Translations under genes and position numbers: made by a program
Source: Bdellovibrionota bacterium
Lineage (GTDB): Bacteria; Bdellovibrionota_C; UBA2361; JBIKUX01
Length of the DNA stretch: 15,640 nucleotides
Assembly (NCBI GenBank): GCA_044347345.1
Contig: JBIKUX010000040.1
Span: 1-15,640, forward strand
Direction of reading: 5' to 3'
Shown: positions 8,037 through 15,640 of the stretch, piece by piece
How positions within the stretch are numbered: position 1 is the first letter of the stretch
How the letters are laid out: every line of letters starts with the position of its first letter
Notes under the pieces: model-generated
The model's database searches: none
The model's input: only the letters and a program-made list of their open reading frames with translations
Told to the model about the DNA's origin: nothing

Positions 8037-9074
8037 TTATAGTGGAAAGGCTCTCTGAATTATTTCAATAACGGGATCAATCGCCCCCACATAAAGACCA
8101 TCAGCGACAGCCCAAAGTGAAATAGCATCCTTAGTTACTCTTACCCTAGCCACATGAATTTCATGGGTACCGACTACCGAAAGATGAGTCGGGAGACCTC
8201 CTAATTCATATAGAATGTTACTAGAGCTAGAGGCAATAGCGCGCTCAAAACCTTCCTTAAACTCTTTATTACTAATTTGACAAGTATTGTCCTTGTCACT
8301 AGCTACAAACGTTACACTAAGTCCATGACCATGGAATACTGGAACCCTTACGGAAGTCACATTTACAGGTACTGATGCAAGAACTCCACCCTGCTCAAGC
8401 TCCTGCATTACTCGCTGTTCCTCAAGAGTATCGCCGTCTTCACCAAGAAGATGAATTTGTGGTATGCAATTAAAGGCTATTTGGGTAGCAAATCGCTCTA
8501 CTTCTATCGGCTTTTGATTGTAAATCGCCAGCCCCTGCGACCAAAGCTCATCTAACCCATCTTTACCCGCACCAGCAGCACCCTCAAAAGTTGTTACAAT
8601 CACACGTTTAACCGGTTTAATCGACTGAAAAGCCCTTATAAGCGGCCTAAGGATTATAGATGTAGTAGATGGTACAGTTATAGTGCCTTTGTGACTCACA
8701 CTAGTTCTATCGGGAAAGAATAAATTACCCTTTATGCAACTGCCAAGATTTATAAGAAGCTTACCGCGATCAATAACTTCCTGCTCAAGATTAGGTGGAG
8801 GAGCACCAGAAGAAGCCCACACTAAAACATCTACGTCATCAAGCTCAACTAAAGAAAATTCTGTTACTTCGAGCTCATCGCTCCGAAATCGATATACCTC
8901 ACCCACAGAATCTTTTGATGCATACAGGCGAAGAGCTCTAAGCGGTAAGGATGAAGAATCAAGTGCAGAGATAAGTTCGCTACCTACAAGGCCAGTTGCT
9001 CCAACCAAGCCGAGTACGGGAGAACGTGATGTAAGTGCCAAGCTCCCTTTAACTGAATCTTCTCTTGCTTCCAT
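8037..9074 (-). CDS. Aspartate-semialdehyde dehydrogenase-like protein (Usg-type, catalytic Cys absent)
   Basis: VGATGLVG, LYASKDSVG, GAGKDGLDEL, QIAFNCIPQI, VRVPVFHGH; directly upstream of truA as in usg-truA and asd-truA pairs. Confidence 0.85.
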   Translation of the reverse strand: MEAREDSVKGSLALTSRSPVLGLVGATGLVGSELISALDSSSLPLRALRLYASKDSVGEVYRFRSDELEVTEFSLVELDDVDVLVWASSGAPPPNLEQEVIDRGKLLINLGSCIKGNLFFPDRTSVSHKGTITVPSTTSIILRPLIRAFQSIKPVKRVIVTTFEGAAGAGKDGLDELWSQGLAIYNQKPIEVERFATQIAFNCIPQIHLLGEDGDTLEEQRVMQELEQGGVLASVPVNVTSVRVPVFHGHGLSVTFVASDKDNTCQISNKEFKEGFERAIASSSSNILYELGGLPTHLSVVGTHEIHVARVRVTKDAISLWAVADGLYVGAIDPVIEIIQRAFPL

Positions 9075-9080
9075 TTTTAA

Positions 9081-9105
9081 TACCTAAAGTTTCTTCCTTT
9101 AGGTA
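9081..9105 (-). promoter_or_regulatory. 9-bp hairpin over the putative RBS of the asd-like gene
   Basis: TACCTAAAG (9081-9089) and CTTTAGGTA (9097-9105), 7-nt loop, ending 6 nt before the ATG at 9074. Confidence 0.55.
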
Positions 9106-9159
9106 CTTATACCGGATTAATCACTAATTTGTCACATCCAGTGTTTGAAAGATTAAGAG

Positions 9160-9600
9160 TTAAAAGTATTCCTGACTGTCAGCAAAACAAGCACGCTGAG
9201 CCTTTTCCAATTGAACTTTAAGTTGATGAGCATCAAACGGTTTAGCTACCAATCCTAATGCTCCAGCTGCCGTAGCTGCTTTAGCATTTTCGAGAGAAGG
9301 GTCAGATGTAATGACTAATGCTATTTTACCCTCAAGTAATCCTTCATCACGGAGCTTAGCAATTAACTCAGCGCCGTTATCACCTGAAGGAAAGTGATAA
9401 TCTATAAAAAGTATCGAAAAGCGATCAGGGTTGACCTTAATCATTGTGTAAGCATCAAGCGTATTAGAAAATGTTGTAATATTTTTATATCCAAGTCCTC
9501 GCGATAATAATCGCTCAAGTACAAGTGAGTAATGACTACTATCTTCAACGATCAAAACTGAGGCAGTTCGTGGATCGATGGATGGGGCTGAAACTGACAT
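9160..9600 (-). CDS. Single-domain response regulator (CheY-like receiver)
   Basis: VLIVEDS acidic pocket, FIDYHFPSGDNG phospho-acceptor Asp, VITS, AKPF; no output domain. ATG at 9600 preferred over TTG at 9606. Confidence 0.9.
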   Translation of the reverse strand: MSVSAPSIDPRTASVLIVEDSSHYSLVLERLLSRGLGYKNITTFSNTLDAYTMIKVNPDRFSILFIDYHFPSGDNGAELIAKLRDEGLLEGKIALVITSDPSLENAKAATAAGALGLVAKPFDAHQLKVQLEKAQRACFADSQEYF

Positions 9601-9719
9601 ACACAATCCGCGGAATAATAACGTTACAGTAAATTCCTACAATCTATTTATACGACGCCTTTCAGTGATGCTTAGATTCGAAATGCTCCCATTCATTTTT
9701 AAATAACATCTTAGGTATA

Positions 9720-10514
9720 ATGACTAAGAACCAAGACTCATCTTCATCAAGCTATCTAGAAGGTAAAAACCTAGCTGTTACTACCAAAGGTGGCGAAGAA
9801 GTAGTGCCGTGTGTTACTCCCAACCATTACAAAGCAATTCGAACCATTTTACGGCAAGACTGCCTGATAACCGATTCTCACATAATAGCCCAAGCAGCGT
9901 TTTGTGAAGCTATGGTGGTTAGAAGCGGTTTAGGTTTAACTTCTCGCAATGCTACAGTTCACGGTATCATAGCTCCAAGTATTGAAGGTGCTATCGTTGC
10001 AGCTACTCTCCGCCATCTTCATCACGGAGGATGCGACGTTTCTGTCACTATTTTAGAAAACAATTCTGAAATTCCAGAATTTCTAACAGAGATTGCACCC
10101 CTGGTACCCTTAGAAATAATTCTAAATGCAAAAAACGCTACCAATCCTCCTAATGTTTTTTCAGATGGATTTAACCTTAACCCTTTGTGGCAAGCGATAC
10201 TTATAGGTGTGCCTTTAGAATATACTTTTCCGTTACAAGTTTCTTCCGTTATCAATGACAGCCCAGTGGCTGTTCATAGTATAGGTATCTCTTATGGAGT
10301 GAACCCACTAGATGGAACCACGAGCGGTGACGCGCTTTGTTCAGCCACCACACTGGCACTAGGACTGCCTTTAACTGGTAATATTTTAGCTCCGAACTGG
10401 ACAGGAAGGCTCTACGTAGCCGACATATCCATACCACAACCCCTTGTTCAACAGTTTGGATATAAAATTGGTCAGCCCTTTAGCGAACAACCAGTTCAGC
10501 AACTAATTTGGTAA
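9720..10514 (+). CDS. YjeF N-terminal (NAD(P)HX epimerase, NnrE)-like protein with degenerate motifs
   Basis: Colinear resemblance to YjeF_N: ATLRHLHHGGCDVSV, INDSPVAVHSIGISYGVNPLDG, TTLALGLPLTG, TGRLYVADISIP. Confidence 0.7.
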   Translation: MTKNQDSSSSSYLEGKNLAVTTKGGEEVVPCVTPNHYKAIRTILRQDCLITDSHIIAQAAFCEAMVVRSGLGLTSRNATVHGIIAPSIEGAIVAATLRHLHHGGCDVSVTILENNSEIPEFLTEIAPLVPLEIILNAKNATNPPNVFSDGFNLNPLWQAILIGVPLEYTFPLQVSSVINDSPVAVHSIGISYGVNPLDGTTSGDALCSATTLALGLPLTGNILAPNWTGRLYVADISIPQPLVQQFGYKIGQPFSEQPVQQLIW

Positions 10515-10876
10515 TTTTCTTTAGACTGACTAGCTTTAGCAGGTATACCATATAAGGTCCATTTAAAACCTTGTTCATGATTACCATCAAGTAACATTAT
10601 AACCCATCCTGGTTTAGGTGTTGATTGCATCCCATCGCTTAACAGTTTAAGCACTTCGCCGTCTGTTGTTCTTATTATGTCGATTCCAGAATGGCGCTCA
10701 TCCCAGTTATCAGGGCGGAAAGGATGAGAAACCAAGTGCTGAGTTGCAACAAAACCTCTAGTTTTATCATTCCCATTTGAAATACTTACTGATGATTTTG
10801 GAGAAATCTCACCACAAACAACTTCCTCGTAACGCCTGTGAAGAACCGCATCTACTACTACTTTTTTACTACTCAT
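10496..10876 (-). CDS. Hypothetical protein, 126 aa
   Basis: ATG start with GGATAGG upstream, co-oriented with neighbours, occupies otherwise empty space; 19-nt convergent overlap with the YjeF_N-like gene. No family recognised. Confidence 0.75.
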   Translation of the reverse strand: MSSKKVVVDAVLHRRYEEVVCGEISPKSSVSISNGNDKTRGFVATQHLVSHPFRPDNWDERHSGIDIIRTTDGEVLKLLSDGMQSTPKPGWVIMLLDGNHEQGFKWTLYGIPAKASQSKENYQISC

Positions 10877-10898
10877 GCCTATCCAAAAACATAATCAT

Positions 10899-10920
10899 AA
10901 TACTGTCGAATACTGTCGAA
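10899..10920. repeat. Tandem repeat AATACTGTCG x2
   Basis: Copies at 10899-10908 and 10909-10918, followed by AA. Confidence 0.85.
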
Positions 10921-10947
10921 AGTGCGCTACTCACCGCCATTTTAGAA

Positions 10948-11319
10948 CTAAGAGCCTATTTGTTCATAAATCTGCATCCCAAAGAAAGGTGAGGGGCCTT
11001 CACGAACATCTCGCATCATCTCAGCAGCTTCCTTGGATTCAACTGTAGACCACCGGATATTTGGCTCGCCCCTAGCACCAGGAGCTTCAATACCTATCGG
11101 CACTAAATACATTTCTCCTGGCATAACATCTACGTATGCAATCAACCTAACTATATCAACAGTTTGTTTACGACTAGATGATACTCGCTGAGCTTGCTTT
11201 TTTACATCATCAAAAGAACGAGAAATTACCCATCTTTTTTCTTGCGCTCCAGGACAAGCATATACTTCTTGACCTGAACTAATAATTCGCTCTAGCTCAA
11301 ATAAGTAATCAATACTCAT
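10948..11319 (-). CDS. Hypothetical protein, 123 aa
   Basis: ATG preceded by AGGAAAGG, 47 nt downstream of ihfB on the same strand. No family recognised. Confidence 0.8.
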   Translation of the reverse strand: MSIDYLFELERIISSGQEVYACPGAQEKRWVISRSFDDVKKQAQRVSSSRKQTVDIVRLIAYVDVMPGEMYLVPIGIEAPGARGEPNIRWSTVESKEAAEMMRDVREGPSPFFGMQIYEQIGS

Positions 11320-11366
11320 AATTTTGCCTTTCCTACAATTAGATATAGATATTCAAGTAACTGAAA

Positions 11367-11648
11367 TTAATCTGCTGGGTCGATTCGATCTTTTAATTCT
11401 TTGCCTAGCTTAAAAAATGGTAACTTCTTGGGAGATACAGGGATTTTTTCTCCAGTCTTTGGATTTCGACCCTCATACCCCATGTAATCTTTGACTACAA
11501 AACTCCCAAATCCGCGAATCTCTATTCTGCCTCCTCCAGCTAGAGTATCCTTAAATTTGTCAAGTATTAATTGTATAAGCTCTTCAGCTTGAGGAGCAGG
11601 AATCTGTCCCCGTGATGAAAGACGTTCTATTAATTCTGACTTATTCAC
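11367..11648 (-). CDS. ihfB: Integration host factor beta / HU-IHF family DNA-binding protein
   Basis: MNKSELI, RIEIRGFGSF, GRNPKTGE, PFFKLGKELKDRID; GTG start. Confidence 0.88.
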   Translation of the reverse strand: MNKSELIERLSSRGQIPAPQAEELIQLILDKFKDTLAGGGRIEIRGFGSFVVKDYMGYEGRNPKTGEKIPVSPKKLPFFKLGKELKDRIDPAD

Positions 11649-11950
11649 CGACTAACCCTCGAATGTAACTGAACTTTGCTAATTGAAATTAATAATATAA
11701 GACTTTTAGTTATTTACTTACCAACTCTATGACATGAGTCTAAAACTACCACCAAAAACATGCTAGAGTCTTATAATCATTACACCCTACACTCTCAAAA
11801 AACCTCAAGCCTTTAAAATTAGCAATACCAACAATTTAATTTTTAATTAAATCAATCAAAGTAATCAACTCTCTACATCTCTACGATGCTTTAACTTTGT
11901 GCTAGAGATTCACAATAAGCTCAAATTATTTAATTGTTAACAGACAATTG

Positions 11951-13045
11951 TTAACAGGCGATACTGTCAATATGCGATACGACAGCACCCTGACGTATAT
12001 TCATCGTCCGATGCAGAGGTATACCATCCACGCTCGGAAAGAGAGAAGCTACAGATTCATAATTACGATATGGAATAAAAACCACATGCTTGCTACCTTG
12101 CCGGCTCAGCCCGGATAAAAGCACTCCCATATTAGTAAGAAGAGGTGGGCGCAAATCAAGAGCCAGAGGATTCATCTCTGCACTGTTTCCCAAATACACA
12201 TGAAACTGGTGCGGAGAGAGATAGTTTTGAGTAACAATCAAATGATGGGTGTTACTGTCACTCGCAGTATTGTCAGTCTTATGTTTTATAAATTCACCAC
12301 AAAAGAATACAACTTGAGCACGGGACTCAGCTCGAATAAATACTTCATCGAATGAAATGGACTTAACAAGACCTCCCTTAAGTCCTTCAAGATATTTTGG
12401 TACTTCATAATGACGCACCTCTACGCCATCTATATGTAGTCTTCTTATGGTAGCATTGAAGCTAAAACCAACATGAGATACCGCTGAATCATTAGAAGAA
12501 ATAGAAAGATGCCCCTCTACAAGAACCTGTCCCGCACTATTCTTACTCCACGCATTACCAGAGGAATCGGTAAAAATAAAAATAGGCAAATAGTCTGGAA
12601 TGTTTAATGACTCCTTTAAAGCTCTTTTAATATCCTCAACTCGAGCCGGAGGAACCCGTTCACTAACTGAAAACCAATAAAGATCGGTTAATACGTGGTG
12701 AGGAAGTGCAGGGAAATCACCAAAGCTACTATAGTTCTCTACAGGCAGTTGATCGGTATCTTCTTTATTAAAAACAGGTACACGAAAAATAGTTTCAGTT
12801 TCAATTTTATTAGCTGGTTTTATTTCAATATTCGTATACTGAGCTGAGTCCCTACTCATACCACGAGACCACTTCCCAGCTTGAGACTTGCTTGTACCCC
12901 GTAAAGAATTTTTAGGAACAGCATTCCCAGCAATAATTACCCCTTTAGGAATACGGTACTCATCTTCAGTAGATAGTTCTACAAGTCCGTTAGCCTGATA
13001 CGGAGAGAATGCTTTTTTTATTGACTGTGTATCTTCATCTACCAT
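11951..13045 (-). CDS. Hypothetical protein, 364 aa
   Basis: Long ATG-started ORF in AT-rich DNA with no competing ORF; no motif, signal peptide or TM segment recognised. Confidence 0.8.
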   Translation of the reverse strand: MVDEDTQSIKKAFSPYQANGLVELSTEDEYRIPKGVIIAGNAVPKNSLRGTSKSQAGKWSRGMSRDSAQYTNIEIKPANKIETETIFRVPVFNKEDTDQLPVENYSSFGDFPALPHHVLTDLYWFSVSERVPPARVEDIKRALKESLNIPDYLPIFIFTDSSGNAWSKNSAGQVLVEGHLSISSNDSAVSHVGFSFNATIRRLHIDGVEVRHYEVPKYLEGLKGGLVKSISFDEVFIRAESRAQVVFFCGEFIKHKTDNTASDSNTHHLIVTQNYLSPHQFHVYLGNSAEMNPLALDLRPPLLTNMGVLLSGLSRQGSKHVVFIPYRNYESVASLFPSVDGIPLHRTMNIRQGAVVSHIDSIAC

Positions 13046-13174
13046 AAAAAACTTTTTCAGCAGTATTTAGTGGTATTTCGTATTAATAAATAACCATGAA
13101 CACACCACTACCTTTAATAAAGTCGCCTAAATGAAGAAAATTGCTACAAGCCACTAAATAATCCAAAAATTACC

Positions 13175-14953
13175 TTACTTTTTAATAGAATCATCTAATA
13201 TATCCCAAAGCTCTCCTTTGCGCTCTATAACTGACCGAGCAATTACTTCCTTGTGGTCATCTTCGTTGCGAACCAATTGTCGCAATGAAGCCGCTACCTT
13301 TCTTTTTGCCCCCTGCACAAACGCTCTGGCCATCCTTATTAAAAGCTCTGTCTCTGATGCTGATGAAGAGCCTTTTTTTTGCAGTAACGCGGTAATACGA
13401 CTAAGCACTGAAAGAGAAACAAATAGGTGTATAGACGCATCTGCAAGTCGTGCTAATGTTAATTGTTCATGGACAATGGAGCCACGATACTTACGAACAG
13501 TACGCTCAGCCGCAGAACCTAAACGAGCCGCAAAACTCACTATAACCTTGCCTTCTTGGTGCAATCGGGGGTCTATATGCACAAGAATACGCTCTTCAGC
13601 TGGAAGCACGCTTCCTATTTTTTTAGCTGCATATTCCCTTAATATTTCGAAACCGCGAATTGGTTCGCTTGCAAATCGAGATATTCCAGTAATGAGCTCC
13701 TTTAAATAATCTCCTACTCCTCTTAAACCAGCGAGTGCTATGTAAAGCCTGAGAATCTCATTTGTTCCCTCAAATATAAGATTTATACGACTATCTCGTA
13801 CAATAATCTCATACGGATAGTCACGCATAAATCCCGATCCACCAGCAATCTGCAATGCCTCATTTGCGACGCTCCATAAAGATTCGCTAGCGTAAACTTT
13901 GCTAATCGCGGCCTCTACCGAATAGTCGCTAGATCCAGAATCAATAGCGTGCCCTACAACTTGCACAACACTTTCTGTAGCGAAACACCGCATTGTCATA
14001 TCTGCTAGTTTATCCCGTATTATCGGAAACTCTATCAATTTTTTCCCGAATTGGGATCGATCAGATGCGTATTTAGTTGCATTTGAAATCGCCCTTCGCA
14101 TTGCACCAACACAACCACCTCCGAGACCAGTCCTACCGCTGTTTAATATTGACATGGCAATTCTAAATCCCTCTCCCTCAACTCCTAGTAAAGCATCCGC
14201 CGGTAGCTGTGTATTATTAAAAGTGACTGAAGTAGTAGCCGATGCCCTTATCCCCATTTTATCCTCTTTTGATCCGGAGACCACTCCGCCCCATTCTCTT
14301 TCAACGATAAAAGCGCTTAACTTTGGCTCACTACCATCACCACCTTCCTTCTCATCATGTCGTGCAAACACCGTAAAAAAATCGGCGAAGGCGCCATTAG
14401 TTATCCAAATTTTTTCACCATTTAAAATATAACCACCATTTTCAGAGCGAGTTACTTTAGTTCGTATTGAAGCAGCATCTGAACCAGAAGAGGGCTCAGT
14501 AAGGCAAAATGCAGCTATTTTTTCACCAGTTGCTAACGCCGGCAGATACCGAGTCTTTTGTGCAGGACTTCCAAACAATAAAAGACCCTTCATCCCTATA
14601 GAACTATGTGCACCAACAGTTAATGCAGTTGAACCATCAAATTTTGATATCTCTGCCAAGGCTCGAGCGTAACTTACAGAAGACATGCCAAGGCCACCGG
14701 ATTCTTGGGGAATAATTAATCCGAATAAACCAAGCTCTTTTAAGGCTAGTATAAACTCATCAGGCTGTGCACCTCTTAAATCAAAATCACGAAACTCACT
14801 ACTATAGTCAGTCATGAATGATTTAACCGACTGAACCACAAGAGCAAGTGTTTCATGCTCATCTTCGGGAATCCAAGGAAACGGGAAAACACCACCTACT
14901 TCAACTTCACCTAAAAATAACGCTTTTGCCGCGCTACTTTGAGCTACTCCCAT
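13175..14953 (-). CDS. Acyl-CoA dehydrogenase, long VLCAD/ACAD9-like form
   Basis: AHSSIG, AFCLTEPSSGSDA, LNGEKIWITNG, KMGIRAS, QIAGGSGFM, IFEGTNEILRLYIAL with catalytic Glu, and a long C-terminal extension. Confidence 0.95.
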   Translation of the reverse strand: MGVAQSSAAKALFLGEVEVGGVFPFPWIPEDEHETLALVVQSVKSFMTDYSSEFRDFDLRGAQPDEFILALKELGLFGLIIPQESGGLGMSSVSYARALAEISKFDGSTALTVGAHSSIGMKGLLLFGSPAQKTRYLPALATGEKIAAFCLTEPSSGSDAASIRTKVTRSENGGYILNGEKIWITNGAFADFFTVFARHDEKEGGDGSEPKLSAFIVEREWGGVVSGSKEDKMGIRASATTSVTFNNTQLPADALLGVEGEGFRIAMSILNSGRTGLGGGCVGAMRRAISNATKYASDRSQFGKKLIEFPIIRDKLADMTMRCFATESVVQVVGHAIDSGSSDYSVEAAISKVYASESLWSVANEALQIAGGSGFMRDYPYEIIVRDSRINLIFEGTNEILRLYIALAGLRGVGDYLKELITGISRFASEPIRGFEILREYAAKKIGSVLPAEERILVHIDPRLHQEGKVIVSFAARLGSAAERTVRKYRGSIVHEQLTLARLADASIHLFVSLSVLSRITALLQKKGSSSASETELLIRMARAFVQGAKRKVAASLRQLVRNEDDHKEVIARSVIERKGELWDILDDSIKK

Positions 14954-14955
14954 AA

Positions 14956-14964
14956 CCCCCTCCC
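14956..14964 (-). promoter_or_regulatory. Shine-Dalgarno site of the acyl-CoA dehydrogenase gene
   Basis: Minus strand reads GGGAGGGGG-TT-ATG. Confidence 0.75.
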
Positions 14965-15097
14965 TAAATTATCTGCCTCTTGTTATGATTCTAACTCAAA
15001 GACTACATTATCATTATTATTTGCGAACTTTCACAATGATATTCTCACGAAGTGTAAAAGTTAGGTAAGGTTATAAGTTATATGTTAAGACAATTAG

Positions 15098-15111
15098 AAC
15101 AGTATACTGTT
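15098..15111. promoter_or_regulatory. Perfect 14-bp palindrome AACAGTATACTGTT, candidate operator
   Basis: Exact palindrome near the middle of the divergent intergenic region 14954-15248. Confidence 0.5.
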
Positions 15112-15248
15112 TAGGTGAACCCGTTCGTTAAAATAAATAATCCAAAAAAAAAAAGCATACCCAAATTACCTAAGTGAACCACCAAAATTACCTTAAACCA
15201 ACTAAGCATCATTTCCTAAATGTGCTACGTTTAAGAGCCTTAGATAAT

Positions 15249-15640
15249 ATGCGGCTTCAATCATCATCACTAAAGTTAATCTTATCGGGATTATTATTTT
15301 ATCTTCCAACCGCAGATGTCTTTGCTCAGGTAAGAACCACTCCCGTATCATCTGAATTAGTTACTCCAGCATCGCAACCAGAATTGCAAGGGCGCAAAAT
15401 TCGTTCTATCGACATTGTTCTATTAGATGTGTTTGATGGTGATAATCTAGGTTCTGCCTATGAAATCATAAATAAAGCTAAAATAAATACTCGTAAGGAA
15501 GTTATCGCAAGAGAGTTAAGATTTAAGGTAGGCGCTCTCTACGATGAATTTACCGTAAGAGAAAGTGCAAGACAGCTTAGAACTCTCAGATTCTTCCAAA
15601 ACCCAATGATAAGAGGATTTCCCGTCGGTGAACACGAAGT
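15249..15640 (+). CDS. Partial (runs off right edge) POTRA-domain outer-membrane protein, Omp85 (BamA/TamA) family-like
   Basis: Hand translation: MRLQSSSLKLILSGLLFYLPTADVFA-Q (signal peptide-like), then NTRKEVIARELRFKVGALYDEFTVRESARQLRTLRFF, a POTRA-like pattern. No stop to the window end; not in the ORF track. Confidence 0.8.
   Translation, partial: MRLQSSSLKLILSGLLFYLPTADVFAQVRTTPVSSELVTPASQPELQGRKIRSIDIVLLDVFDGDNLGSAYEIINKAKINTRKEVIARELRFKVGALYDEFTVRESARQLRTLRFFQNPMIRGFPVGEHE

Noticed and set aside
8734..10992. ORFs 8734-9087, 10022-10255, 10252-10437 and 10777-10992
   Set aside because: Antisense to better-supported genes, with no recognisable features.
13218..14432. ORFs 13218-13709 and 14154-14432
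   Set aside because: Antisense shadows of the acyl-CoA dehydrogenase gene.
1..15640. Mobile element, prophage, defence system, tRNA or rRNA
   Set aside because: No integrase, transposase, phage, nuclease or reverse transcriptase motifs and no tRNA- or rRNA-like sequence recognised; the hypothetical proteins remain unassigned.

Overview
AT-rich bacterial chromosomal window, mostly cell-envelope and housekeeping genes. The IHF-beta, acyl-CoA dehydrogenase and asd-like/truA signatures suggest a deltaproteobacteria/Bdellovibrionota-like lineage (inference only). Left to right: the 5' part of a RelA/SpoT-type HD-domain gene missed by the ORF track; a minus-strand GT4 / UDP-HexNAc dehydrogenase / UDP-GlcNAc 4-epimerase cassette; a divergent M50-like+CBS membrane protein coupled to an LpxL-family acyltransferase; a stand-alone Zn-motif-free rpsD; a convergent asd-like (Usg-type) and truA pair; a CheY-like receiver; a YjeF_N-like protein; two small hypotheticals behind ihfB; a 364-aa hypothetical; a long acyl-CoA dehydrogenase; and the 5' end of a POTRA/Omp85-family gene. 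I found no mobile element, CRISPR array or RNA gene, and I cannot demonstrate a new system. The best leads are: (1) truA has no ATG/GTG/TTG upstream of its catalytic motif and probably starts at ATT; (2) three genes within about 6 kb look like enzymes that have lost their catalytic motifs; (3) rpsD lies outside the alpha operon; (4) the intergenic regions carry several tandem duplications and palindromes. All protein calls are by-eye motif recognition, not database searches.
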